Shown: piece by piece, positions 1 to 12,064 of the stretch | How the letters are laid out: each line of letters opens with the position of its first letter | Numbering within the stretch: position 1 is the first letter of the stretch | NCBI GenBank assembly: GCA_000697335.1 | Contig: JNEM01007286.1 | Location: 1-35,979, forward strand | Origin: Conidiobolus incongruus B7586 | Lineage: Eukaryota | Reading direction: 5' to 3' | Length of the DNA stretch: 35,979 bases | Program-made: the position numbers and the translations under genes | The notes under the pieces: generated by a model | Seen by the model: only the letters and a program-made list of their open reading frames with translations | The model's database searches: none | Told to the model about the DNA's origin: nothing

Positions 1-552
1 AAAATTAAATCTTCCATATATCTTATATATAATAAATTTTTCAAAAATGAAAATAAAATTGAATAATCAAATATTAAAATTTGCCCCTTTTTTGAACTAT
101 TATCAAAATAAGAAACTGGTAAAACAATTATTAATTATGCTTTTTTAAATATCATATTATACTATAATTTATTTGTTGATCTGAATTAAATATGTTCACA
201 GTTAGTTTTTTAAATTTATAAATTACTATTACATTTGTAAATCAAATGATAATGATAAGTATACACAAGGATTATAATGAATATTATAACTAATAAAATA
301 ATTATTTAAAATAATCAAATTATCATTTCGGTTATAAATAATTCACACTACTATTAATATCAATAATATTTTTAAATTTTTAAAATACCTGGATAATAAT
401 TGTTATAAATTTGATAAAAGAGGAAATATTAATAAGAACCAAAAAATTAATAATAACAAAAATAACTTTTTAAAATTAAATTTTTTAATTAAATTGATAA
501 ATTATATAAGTATTTTAATTCTCAAAATTGATTAAATATTCAAAACAATGAA

Positions 553-572
553 ATATATATATATATATATAT
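553..572. repeat. (AT)n microsatellite
   Basis: About 10 AT units. Confidence 0.9.
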
Positions 573-874
573 TAAAAATTAATATATTAATTTAATTAAA
601 ATTTATAATAACTAATTTCAATCAAGTTATACTTTATAATATTAAACATTTACTTTTGAAACAATTATCAATTGTATTATATGAATATATATACTTTTCA
701 ATAAATAAAATAATAAAATAATAAAAAAATTTCATTATATTGATAATTTCAATATATTGGTTTTGAATTTCCATCATCCTTAATTATTAAATTTGAATTA
801 TAATTTTTATTTAATTCAATTTAATATTAAAATAATTTATTACTGTTCAATTTAAAAATTTTTATGATTTAATA

Positions 875-894
875 ATATATATATATATATATAT
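875..894. repeat. (AT)n microsatellite
   Basis: About 10 AT units. Confidence 0.9.
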
Positions 895-1336
895 CATATT
901 AACTCTTATAATCTTTTTAACAAATTATCACAGTTTAAAAAAATAAATTAGTGCAATATTTTTCAACAAAAAAAATTAATGGTGCTATTTTTAAAACCAT
1001 TGAATAATAAATCATAGAAAGTTGAAAACTAATCATATTCTACCGAAATTGAGCTGTAGTTTATTGCCATGTGTATATAATTTATATTATTTCATAATTT
1101 TAATAACTACATATTTAAAATAATAATAAATTGGAAATAATTTGAAAAATAATTAAATAGAATATTTTGAGACTTGATTGATGGAATAATTTGGTTCATT
1201 GTGGATAATTAAAATTGGATGATTAAGATTTCTAAACGTGACTCATTGTATAAACAAAATAGGGTATCATTAAAAATAAACTTTTGATTGTGATTGAAAA
1301 TAGAACCTCAATTAGATGATTTGAATATTATAATAA

Positions 1337-1371
1337 AAATATTAAGAGTAAATATTAAGAGTAAATATTAA
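1337..1371. repeat. 13-nt tandem repeat (AAATATTAAGAGT) x~2.7
   Basis: aaatattaagagt-aaatattaagagt-aaatattaa read directly. Confidence 0.8.
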
Positions 1372-1591
1372 TATAAACTTAAACAATTGAAAATATAATT
1401 CAAGAGGAAAATAATAGAATAATTTTAGTAGATACGAAAATAAACGAATTAGATGGAGTTGATTTATTGTACAATATAATAAAAAATAAGTATGAGCAAT
1501 AGAACAGCAGCAGTATAGTTTATGCTATCTATTATAGTATATTCATAGGACTTTGATATACGCTGAAAATTGCTCATTGCATCTTAAACTT

Positions 1592-1942
1592 TTATGAAGT
1601 GTGAGTAGGGGAGTGAGTATCGTTGAGGGAGCTGGGTAAATATCGGTTGTACAGTCGGGAGAAGGGCGAATTCGAAATTGGCGAGGCGGACGACGGGGAC
1701 GAGGATGTGATGATTGACGAATTATCCGAGTGCGTTGTGGAGTTGATGCTATTGGTTTCGATGTAGTAGCTGCTCGTATTCACCGGGATCGACGCCGAAG
1801 CCGCTGTCGTATTGACTAAATTTTGTGTGCTAGTCAAAGCATAAGAAGGGTTGCTGTCCGCGAGCTGACAAGTAGTACTACAATACAGTGAACCTAAATT
1901 CGTTATCTTTTTCTCGCAAATAATACACCATTCAAAGTCCAT
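1592..1942 (-). CDS. ecl1: Ecl1-family (extender of chronological lifespan) small zinc-binding protein, paralogue A
   Basis: Intronless 116-aa ORF; N-terminal WCIICEKKI...LYCSTTCQLAD fits the Ecl1/2/3 CxxC-x(n)-YCSxxC-xxxD signature, followed by a Ser/Thr-rich tail; GC well above flanks. Confidence 0.85.
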   Translation of the reverse strand: MDFEWCIICEKKITNLGSLYCSTTCQLADSNPSYALTSTQNLVNTTAASASIPVNTSSYYIETNSINSTTHSDNSSIITSSSPSSASPISNSPFSRLYNRYLPSSLNDTHSPTHTS

Positions 1943-2135
1943 TATAAAAAGATATCGAAACCGTATAGGTTAAGTTAGGTTAGTATTAGTGAAGGTTCGA
2001 AAGTACAGCGCTTAAGACTGAGCAAGACTTTTTGATTAAAACTGCCAACTCAGTGGTTAAGACTAGAGAAGTGAAGATACTGAGAGAAGTTAGTTATAGT
2101 AAACTATCATCAAAGGCTCAAGGTCGATCCGCAGT

Positions 2136-2320
2136 CTCCTTATATCCTCATCGCAAACCCTTATGAGTCACAATCAACCCATTTACACATTGAGAATCCA
2201 ATTGAAAATCCCACGATGGCCAATGAATCAAATGATCAAATGAGCACCTCTAATTGGTGGAAACTTGGCAATGGTTGATTTCAATTGATTAATGGCTCCA
2301 AGTAGATGACTTGATTGGTT
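2136..2320 (-). promoter_or_regulatory. Promoter region of Ecl1 paralogue A (TATA-like, GCGATGAG, TGACTCA, CCAAT boxes)
   Basis: On the minus strand: TATAAG at ~2139-2144, TTTGCGATGAG at 2147-2157, TGACTCAT at 2163-2170; several CCAAT/ATTGG between 2198 and 2318. Confidence 0.5.
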
Positions 2321-3170
2321 GAAATTCGACCTTCGTGAGATATGTTGAATGAGGTAAGGTTTGATAGAGGGGAAATTTATATTAATTGTGGAGATGAAGA
2401 TGAAAGCAGAGTGACTATGAGTTGATTAATTTGCTAATTATCCTAAGTAAGGAGACATATTGACTTTTTAATAAACTATCTTATTGAAATGTATTCCAAA
2501 TTCCATTATCTCGAAATCTATACAATAACTCTGCAACTTAGCAAAATTAGCTTCATTACTTTTATTCATTCTAGATTGATACTTGGCTGCATTAAACTGA
2601 ATGCCACTAAGTACCCATGGTTTAATATATTGGAATATGGTCATTAAAATAATTATATAAAATCGTCTGATTATAACAATCATCAAACAATTTACACTTT
2701 ATTCAAAATCAACTAGGATTTGGATGTGGATCAGTAAAAAATGTGAATTAGGCAAATTTTCGAATGTTTAAGGTGAATTTTGGAGTGATCTTGGGTGCTA
2801 AAAGATATGATACGATATTAAAATTATTCTCTACATCCTTTTAAGTGAATCAACTTATGTACGATGGCTTGTACTCAGCTTATGACTAAATTTTAGTATT
2901 CAAATCAACTAATATTTGAATCAAATATCAAACTAGGTTCGAATGAAATCATATGAACAATATTTAATCAATTGTTAACTTGATATAATGTTAATTATCA
3001 AACATATTTACTTAAATCACTAGCAATAAGAATAATAAGATATCCTTATAATATTATATATGGTTAACTTAATGAATATAAGCTATTCCAAAAATAAAAA
3101 TAAGCTATTGACATAATTTCATCAAATTTAAACTATATCAAGTTTATAATATTCGAATGCCATTTTTTCA

Positions 3171-3175
<5 letters not shown>

Positions 3176-3204
<29 letters not shown>
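3176..3204. repeat. (TA)n microsatellite
   Basis: About 14 TA units. Confidence 0.9.
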
Positions 3205-3206
<2 letters not shown>

Positions 3207-4093
3207 CTTAAATTAAATATAATAAAATTATTATTATTATTATTAATATTTTGATTTTAGAATAATAGGTAATATTGAGGCAAAAATTGGAAGTTATTAA
3301 TAATTTTTATTAAATAAATAATATATTAATTTTTCAAAAAAAAAACAATTTTATAGCTACGATTTTTAATGGTTTTTTACAGGATTTTTCGCTATATTTC
3401 ACAATTGAGCGTAGATTAAATTCAATGAATAAGATTTTGATATTATAATAAATAGCTATAAATTAGGTTTGATTTAAACATAATAATGAGTTTATCAGAT
3501 TATCATAATATAATACACTCCTTTCATTCTAATTCAATCTATTTATTTAAACTATTTATTGCTAATCTTGTAAAATAATCAGTAACCAAAGTTTTAAATA
3601 ATTAATTATAAGTGCTGCGAGGAAAAATTACTACAAACAAAAAAAATGTTGTGAATTAAATTATTAACTGGGGTGTCATTAAAGTTTTGGGAATGGTTTT
3701 TTAATATAGATTAATACATATTATTCTAGTTTGAAATTTAATATAAATTATATTTTTTAAAAATTAATTAAATTGATTTTAATTTATTTTTTATTGAGAT
3801 ATATTTTATATATTGATATGAATAGTTTCACTATCTTTTATATAACTATAACACGAATTATTATTATGCCTTTGCCAAGGTTATTAAAATTTAAATTTAA
3901 TTTATAATTTATTTAATATTTTGTTTTAATTAACTGAGAAATTTCAAAATTTGACAAATGCAAGGGTATTAAGCTTACAATTAAAATGTAATGAAAATCA
4001 AAAATTTGCCATTAGGAATTAAAAAATGATATATAATCATATAAGTAAAATGAATATGTTAAAACTTAATAGTGATATTATTGATATTTCCGA

Positions 4094-4116
4094 ATATATA
4101 TATATATATATATATA
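4094..4116. repeat. (AT)n microsatellite
   Basis: About 11 AT units. Confidence 0.9.
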
Positions 4117-6264
4117 ATAAAGTTTATTTAATAAACAAGCTCCAGATTCAAATATTTAATATTTCACATTACCTATATTTTAATAATTATGACCGAGTTT
4201 TAGCATCACTTTTTGAGAATGATGTCATTAACAGTCATTATAAATGATTCTGATCATAATCATAATTAAGAACTAATAACTCTTTGGTTATTTTGATTTT
4301 AAATAATAAATAATAAATATTAAAGTTTTATGCAATAATCAATTTAAATATTTGACTTAGAAGACATCCAGGGGGCGTAGTAAAAGCTGAAAATTTTACC
4401 TCTGTAAGTAAATTTTAATTATAAATCTTATTATTTGTTGATCAAAAAAAATTAAATAAATTTTAAGGATATTTTAGAATTGATCATGTGTTCGTTTTAG
4501 TAGTTTTAATTCGATCAAAATTTTGAAATAAAAATTATGTCATTTTTAATGATTTTGTCTAATATTATCAATTTTAAGTTAATATAACAAACAGTCAGCT
4601 TATCATATTTCATCGATTTGTATTAGATAATAATTAATAAGTATCAAGGTATTGCTATTATGATGAAGAGAATTATAAATAAATAATATTCTAAATTTGT
4701 CATAAAATTTTCATTTTATGTAATTTATTTATAATAAATAAAAATAAAAATTTAGTTAATTATAAATTATTACAACAATATAAAATAATTAATAATATTT
4801 CAATATAATTAAATCATTAAAAATATTTAAAATTAATATCAAAAATTTCTCAATATAAATTATAACCCTTAAAAAATTATTCAAAGATAAATTAAGTTAA
4901 ATTTCGGCATTTATTTATATAATAAAATTACTACAAATCAAGAACCAATTCTTACTAATATAATAATATGTTATCATTGAAATATATTGCGTAATAATAT
5001 TAAATCATTACATGGGAATTAATTTTAATGATTCAATTTTTTAATTTAATTACCTGATTATTAAAAAAATTTCAGTCAAATTGATTTTAAATTTAATATA
5101 GTTGTAAAACTATTTAGGCTTTTTTAGTTATTTATATTTTTATATTCAAGGTTGATATAAGTTTGTTTAATTACAAATCAAGTAAATTTTAATATAATAG
5201 AACCTAAAATATGTTAAATAATATTTAAAAAAATGATTTTGATAAAAGTAATAATAGATTATTGAAATTAAATTAATTTTATATTGATATTATTTAAAAA
5301 GGAAAAATCTGATATAAAATAAATTATCAGATGAATTGATATTAGATAAGTTTAATGATTATAGAATTTAGAATTTAATCTAAAATTATTCACTATAAAT
5401 AATATATAATATTATATTAAACAAGAGAATTTATATTTAAACAATTTCTTGATAATTCATTATTTTATTCCTATTAAATATATAACTATCCCAATTGACT
5501 AATATAATAATAGATATTCCTTAAATTTATCATAATTCTCCAAACGATGTAAAACAATCTTAATAGAATAAAAATAGATAAGTTGATACTGCCATATTAG
5601 GTATAATTCACTTTCACAAATATATTTCATTCATTTTTAATGGAACAAATTGAAATTATAAATCATTACTAATGCTATGATGTTATAATTCTTATATCCA
5701 ATCATAAGGTCCTATTGCCGGAATTTCTTGAAGCTTCTAGTTAGTTTACTTGGAATATTGGACAAGTTTAATGGATATCATTCCTAATAGCCTAAAATTT
5801 AGTTGTAATTGTCGCACCGAATATTAGCATATAGAATTTTTCTCTTGTCAAATTCTATTACTCATAAAATTTCGGCAATTCATTTAAGTCCATTTTTTTA
5901 CTGGTAAACTTCCTAAAATTAACGAATATTAATGCTAATTAATACTGAATTATTCCCAAAAGTATTCCTTCAATTTTTCGACGTATAGGAATGAATCGGA
6001 GTTGAGAATATTATAGAAATGACGTTTATATTTAACTTAGATAAATTTAATTTGTAAATACGTGTATTATTCTGAAAGCATTTCAAGAAACTAATTCTTT
6101 GCCTAAATTGAATTAATTAATTTAAATAAATAAAATTAGTAAAATTAGGCTATTTTTGAATAATATTGAATCATTTTAAAAGAATATTTTTATTTATAAT
6201 TAAAATCAAACAATATCATACAAACTATGAAAATTATATTATTTTTATCAAACTTTATTCAAAC

Positions 6265-7051
6265 ATGACTCATAAATCAATCAAAATTTTTACTTTGAAA
6301 TTTTTATTTATAGATATTTTTTTAAAATTGTTTTTCTCAATTTGATATAGTGAATTAAAATTATAAATATATTTACAACCTTATCACGATAACAATGAGT
6401 ATTACAGATAAGAATCTGTAAGTTGGTGAGATATGGCCATTTAAATAGTATAGCATATAAGATAACACAAGCGAAAAAGGGTCTAGTTTAATAAGTTTTA
6501 TTCAACTGATGTGGGGCAAGTGTCATGTATGAAAAGGAATTGATAGGAATAAGTTAGAATGAGTCATCTAATTATCATTAATATTTTCCTTTTATTGGAA
6601 ACTCGTTATTTTGATGATTCTATATCGGGCAAAATGAGATTGTTGCATTTCAGTATTTTGAAATCGAGTGATAAGAAGTGGACAGTTGATTGGCTCAAGG
6701 AGGGAGGGTATTAAACATTTTGTATTACCGTATTTGGAAAGGAAAGAATAATTCCAATCCAAATATGGGAATGGGATGATAGTGGGTCTTCCGGTGATTG
6801 GGCAGAAGGGATTTTTGTAATTGAATTTCATGATTAGTCATAGTTGATATTTCACCATCCTCAAACATCCTTAGCTTATTGGCCAAATAAGTATATGATT
6901 GGCCAATTCTTCCTTAAAATTCGCCATTTGGAGGATTGCTTAGGATGACTACCAATCAAAATGGCGTAATGGGAAAAAGAATTTGCGATGAAACTCAAAG
7001 AATCATATACCTTCTAGAGAGATTATTGTTGGTATCCGATTCATATAAATA
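6265..7051 (+). promoter_or_regulatory. Promoter region of Ecl1 paralogue B (AP-1/Gcn4-type sites, CCAAT boxes, TATA)
   Basis: ATGACTCAT 6265-6273, ATGAGTCAT 6559-6567, TTAGTCA 6834-6840, repeated ATTGG/CCAAT at ~6689-6956, TTTGCGATGA 6982-6991, TATAAATA ~7044-7051. Confidence 0.5.
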
Positions 7052-7171
7052 CCCTGACCCTGACTCTACTTTTCAGCACTAAATCTTCTACACCAAGTAG
7101 TAGTATATTTATTTGTATCATAGTTTTTCATCTGTAGTATATATTTTCTAACTAATTAAAACGCAATCAAA

Positions 7172-7516
7172 ATGGACGCTGACTGGTGCATCGTTTGTAA
7201 CAAACATATCAATAGAATGGGTGCCATCTACTGTAGCACGGCATGTGAACAAGTTGACTCTGGATTGGCTTTTGAATCTTCACAAATCCGCACTTCCGCT
7301 TTAACAACAACGACGACAACAACATCAACTAGCCCTCGCCTTCAGCCGACGACTTCTCCCAAGCTCACTTTTGTTACTCCTGAGCCCTATTTTTCATCAT
7401 CATTCTCTCGTCGTTACGACCGCTTCTCTCCCCCCTCCTTGAACTCCGCATCATCATACAGTTCAACGTCTTCTCTCTCATCCAGTCCGACACTTTCTGG
7501 ATCCTTCCGACTTTAG
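7172..7516 (+). CDS. ecl1: Ecl1-family small zinc-binding protein, paralogue B
   Basis: Intronless 114-aa ORF; WCIVCNKHI...IYCSTACEQVD; 16/30 N-terminal residues identical to the 1592..1942 product by manual alignment; Ser/Thr-rich tail. Confidence 0.85.
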   Translation: MDADWCIVCNKHINRMGAIYCSTACEQVDSGLAFESSQIRTSALTTTTTTTSTSPRLQPTTSPKLTFVTPEPYFSSSFSRRYDRFSPPSLNSASSYSSTSSLSSSPTLSGSFRL

Positions 7517-9175
7517 CAGTTGATTACTCTCAAAACAAACAATTAATAACTAATCAAAACCACAAATATCTTAACACCTTATGTCAAATTAATCATTCAA
7601 ACCTCATTATATTAATAAAATCAACTGCATATATTTCCTCCACAAGTCCTCCTTTTGTTGTTTATTTTTTACTAAAAAATATAAACTTGACAATTAGGAT
7701 ACTTTTTCTAGATACTCGGCCCAATTCTGATAATACTTCTCTTGTCTAATACTAATTAGAATCAAGAATAATATTCTATAATCCTTATACAAAGGTAAAT
7801 TTTTATCTTACATAATAAGTATACCAATATACTGCTTTGGTTTAGCATAATGGTAAACTAAACACTTTTATTAGTTCACACAGCATACCTTTTGAAGTCA
7901 TGTACGCATATTATTACAAGAATTATCATCATTGGCATTTGGCAGGAAAAATTATGAGCACACCTAGGTTTAATTGGCTATGAGCATTAAGATTCAATTT
8001 AGAGGTTGTAATTAACTGCGTCGCAACTTGTAATGAAACTTAGTTATTCATAGATTTCTACTACCTACTATCAACATTACCCAACTTTGAACAAATTTAG
8101 AATTATCCAATAGAAATTAGAAAAACTATCTTGAGTATTTAATTTGATGTGAAATTTAAACAAAAAAATTATTTACAATATTACTAAGAAATGATACCTA
8201 ATTTGGACCCGATAATAATTCCTCTCAATTAATATTACAATTTTAAGGGACAACTATGATGCTCAGTTGGTATCCATTCTTATTTTCAATATTTTAGAAC
8301 TGTTAATTGTATTCATAATACAAATGGCAAAGGATTCGATATTATCCCAATTTGTACTATCTATCATATCTACCAATTTTAAAGCGTTAATTTATGGCAA
8401 AAGCTACATCCTTATCAAAATTTACATTGATAACAATAACAAATTTAATTGAAATTAATTAATAGATAAGAATGAATTCTCCATAAATTTTAATATGAAT
8501 AAATAGGGTAATTATTATTTTATTTAATAATAATTGATCAACACAAATTATTTTTCAACTCCTATTTATATATTTTTAGAGTTATCAAACTTGTAATATG
8601 TGATTGGAAATATTCTGTTTCGATTTTTATTAAATGGCTTAGCTATTTGTTATAATGTTTAAAACTATATTTTAACGAATTATAATAATTTAAACAATAC
8701 TGAAGTATGTTTAATATCCTTTTGATTATATTAATACAAAAATCTTGAAAAATTTTATTTATAATAACTGAAATATTATTTAATAAATTTTATGAATATA
8801 TTAACTGACCCTATAATTACCCGCTTATGATGTCATTATAATTTGATATAAATATACTTCAACTTATATGACGTTTTATTTTTAATTAATTATTCATTAA
8901 TTAATTACATTAGTAGGCGAAATTATATTATTTTTAATAAAGCTAAATACATAAGTTGTTTAAAATTCAACATTGGGATTACTTCAATAATATCCGAGAT
9001 TCATCATAATATATTCATGTTTCACGTTAGTGTTAATAAAATATAATAAAAAGTTAATCGCAAAAATATAGTTGAATTGGATAATCATAAATTATCAATC
9101 CAATTAATAAAAGTTTTACCTTTTTCTCCTTTTTCTCCTTTTTGATCTAATAAATTTAAGATTAGTTAGATTAAA

Positions 9176-9224
9176 TTTATCAGATGAAAATTATCTGATA
9201 AAATTTTCTTACACATTATCAGAT
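9176..9224. promoter_or_regulatory. Cluster of ATCWGATAA elements forming an inverted repeat
   Basis: TTATCAGAT 9177-9185, TTATCTGATAA 9191-9201, TTATCAGAT 9216-9224; 10-bp arms 9176-9185 and 9193-9202. Function is inferred only. Confidence 0.35.
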
Positions 9225-12064
9225 CAACTCAATAATTCACTAGATATACCTTTGTTTATATAAAAATATTCAAAATTGAGCTATAATACTATTAATAACT
9301 TGATTTTAGTTAAACTAAAAAACATTTGATATTATTTTATAATTATTGACTAATACTTAAATTTGATGAATATATTATTATTGAATTTCTAAAAAGGAAT
9401 GAAGTTTTTGATATTAAATATTTAGGTGATAAATAATTTATTCAATAATTTGTATAAGATTATTAAAGAATAATCAAACTATGTTAATTATAAGTCAACT
9501 TGATATTATTTGGCGATTTATGTTAATTGTTAAATTTTATTATTACAGTTTATAAATATAGATAATGTTTTAGAAATAAACTTATAATTGTATTATAATT
9601 CCAAAAATTTTATAAGAGCATAAAATGAGGTAAAATTTGAAAAGTGAGTTAATCGATTTGATATTACATAAAAGTAATTATTCAAATTTTTATCAAAGTT
9701 TAAATTAATTTGGAAATTTAAATAATATTGAATTTTTTATAATTTTTTGTTATATTTCAGAATATATTTATAATATATTAAACATAGTTTTAAATATATT
9801 ATTTTAAAAATTAATTTAGGTCTAATACCTTTTTCAATTCTTTATAATACATTTTTATTATAGTCTAAAATTACACATCTATCAGTTGTTAAATGATGAA
9901 ATGTAAAACTTATTGGATTAATATTAATGATTGTAAACTTTCAACTCTGTTTTCGATCAAATAAAATATTAATAATCCAAATAATGTATGATATTAAATG
10001 ATTAATAGTCCTAAGGTATCATTTTTCATAATATATTAAATAATTTATAAATTACTATATTTATAATAATATTTATTGACCAAGAAAATAACTAAAAGAA
10101 TATCATTTGTATCAACCTTCTAAATATTTAATTTTATATTTTATTAGATATTGATGACATAATTATATTCAAAGTTTAATATTAAAACTTCTATTATATT
10201 AATATTAGGTTTCTTATTAGTCAATTTGATTACTGCTATTAACATAATCATTATTAGATGCATATATCAATTTGGAATCATATTTAAAAATATTTGAATT
10301 ATGGTTTAATTTTATGGTGAAAAATTATTAATTGTGAGGGATAGATACTTAAATTGTAGTATTATTTCATTAATATTCAAAAATTAATGAGAATTTCTTC
10401 AATCACGACAATTATTATTTCTAAATCTATTATGTGATAAAGATTAGATATATAATAGAAATTTTCAATTTATATTGAATGAAACTACATGATAGTTATA
10501 ACTATTGATTTACTTGATTTTTATATACCGAACTAATTATTTATATTATAGTAATTAGAGTGATTGATTAAATATATGTGTATAATTTCAATTCTTTTTC
10601 TCCAATTACACATTTATTTATTTTGAAATATTTAGTCTAGTTAAACAACTTTATGTATTAATTATTCAATATTATATTGGTTAATATTTGAACTATATGA
10701 ATTTATTAGATGCTACTATTGTCATGAAACAAATTATTAAAATATACTTTGATTCGATTTTATTAAAATAGAATCACGATAAAGAGATCAAATAATAATA
10801 GTTATAATTTCTAAGATACTAAAATATAACTGAATGAAAAAACGAAAATGTTAAAGGTATTTAATATATAGCTCTAAACAATATTTTACATTTATGATAA
10901 ATAAGATATTTGAATATCTCAACAAATAAAAATTGTTGGAAATAATTCTCTAATGTGGTATAAAGGCTTATAGTTTATTATAGGTAATACTATCTGATTC
11001 AATTATTAATAAAAGCCATTGTTCAATTAATATTCAATATGAATTTTTGTCTTCATGATACAAATTTTTCGGTATTAAGTTAATAAGTACAAAATGAACT
11101 TGATAAGAACAATTTTTTAATCAAAATATCTAAACAATGTTTATTTTATTGATGTACTTAATAATTGTGAGATTGAGTTAGCATATTTGTTTATTTTTAA
11201 CCTAACGCTTTGCAGAGTTAATTATAGCTTTTTGCGTAGTCAATATTTGTGTAAACTCATTAATTGCATTGTTTTGAAATTTGTAGACTAATTCCATGAT
11301 TTTTAGTTTAAATAACTACTCAATTTTTACTAAGAATTCTTTTTATTCTAATAAATAAAACATGTTTTAAGTATTCAATTCTTTTAAAAGCAACTTTTAA
11401 AAGATATTTCCAAATCAAAAAAAGACATTTAATTGATTTATCCATGTATCTATGTGTTAGGTTAAAGCTTTTTAACATTTACTCATCTAATGAGCCTTAA
11501 GTTCCTATTTGGCTCCAAATTTATGATTGATACTTCTTTTGGATTAACTAAAGGTGGAAAGAAATAATATTAATCAGGTTATCAAATGTTGAACGGAATT
11601 TTTTCATTAAGTATTAATTTCGCGCTAATTTATTGAATAGTAGCGAATTTTAATTTAATTTTAGCCAGTCACATAATTGAAACCTCGAAAATAGAAAAAT
11701 TCATGATCCAATTCAGACAAAACATGTCAATTGCCAATTTTAATCCCACAATACCCACATTTCACCCAACTTCTTTGGATGATCTTTCATTCATCATTTC
11801 AAAATCTGCAACCTTGATATTTCACAAGTGATCATTTCAATTTATTCTGCGTATTTTAATCATAATTAATAGCTCAGGCTAAATATAATTTTATTGATTG
11901 ATTTATATAGTGCCTTTGTATTACGGTTTAATTTATATTTACTATTATCAATGTATTTTTAGTCAAGGTGTCTTTAACTGTTTAAATTATTAATTCATTT
12001 TCAATTCAATATCATTTATTTAACATAACATAATCATAGTTATACTATATCATATCAATACCAA

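Noticed and set aside
2468..8452. Short ORFs 2468-2686, 4026-4247, 6592-6831, 8267-8452
   Set aside because: AT-driven I/N/K/F/Y composition; one spans a microsatellite and two lie in promoter regions; no family features.
4369..9638. CAGGGGGCGTAG (transposon-end-like) at ~4369 and a 12-nt inverted match 4391-4402 / 9627-9638 flanking Ecl1 paralogue B
   Set aside because: No matching terminal repeat, target-site duplication or transposase remnant; a 12-nt AT-rich match can arise by chance.
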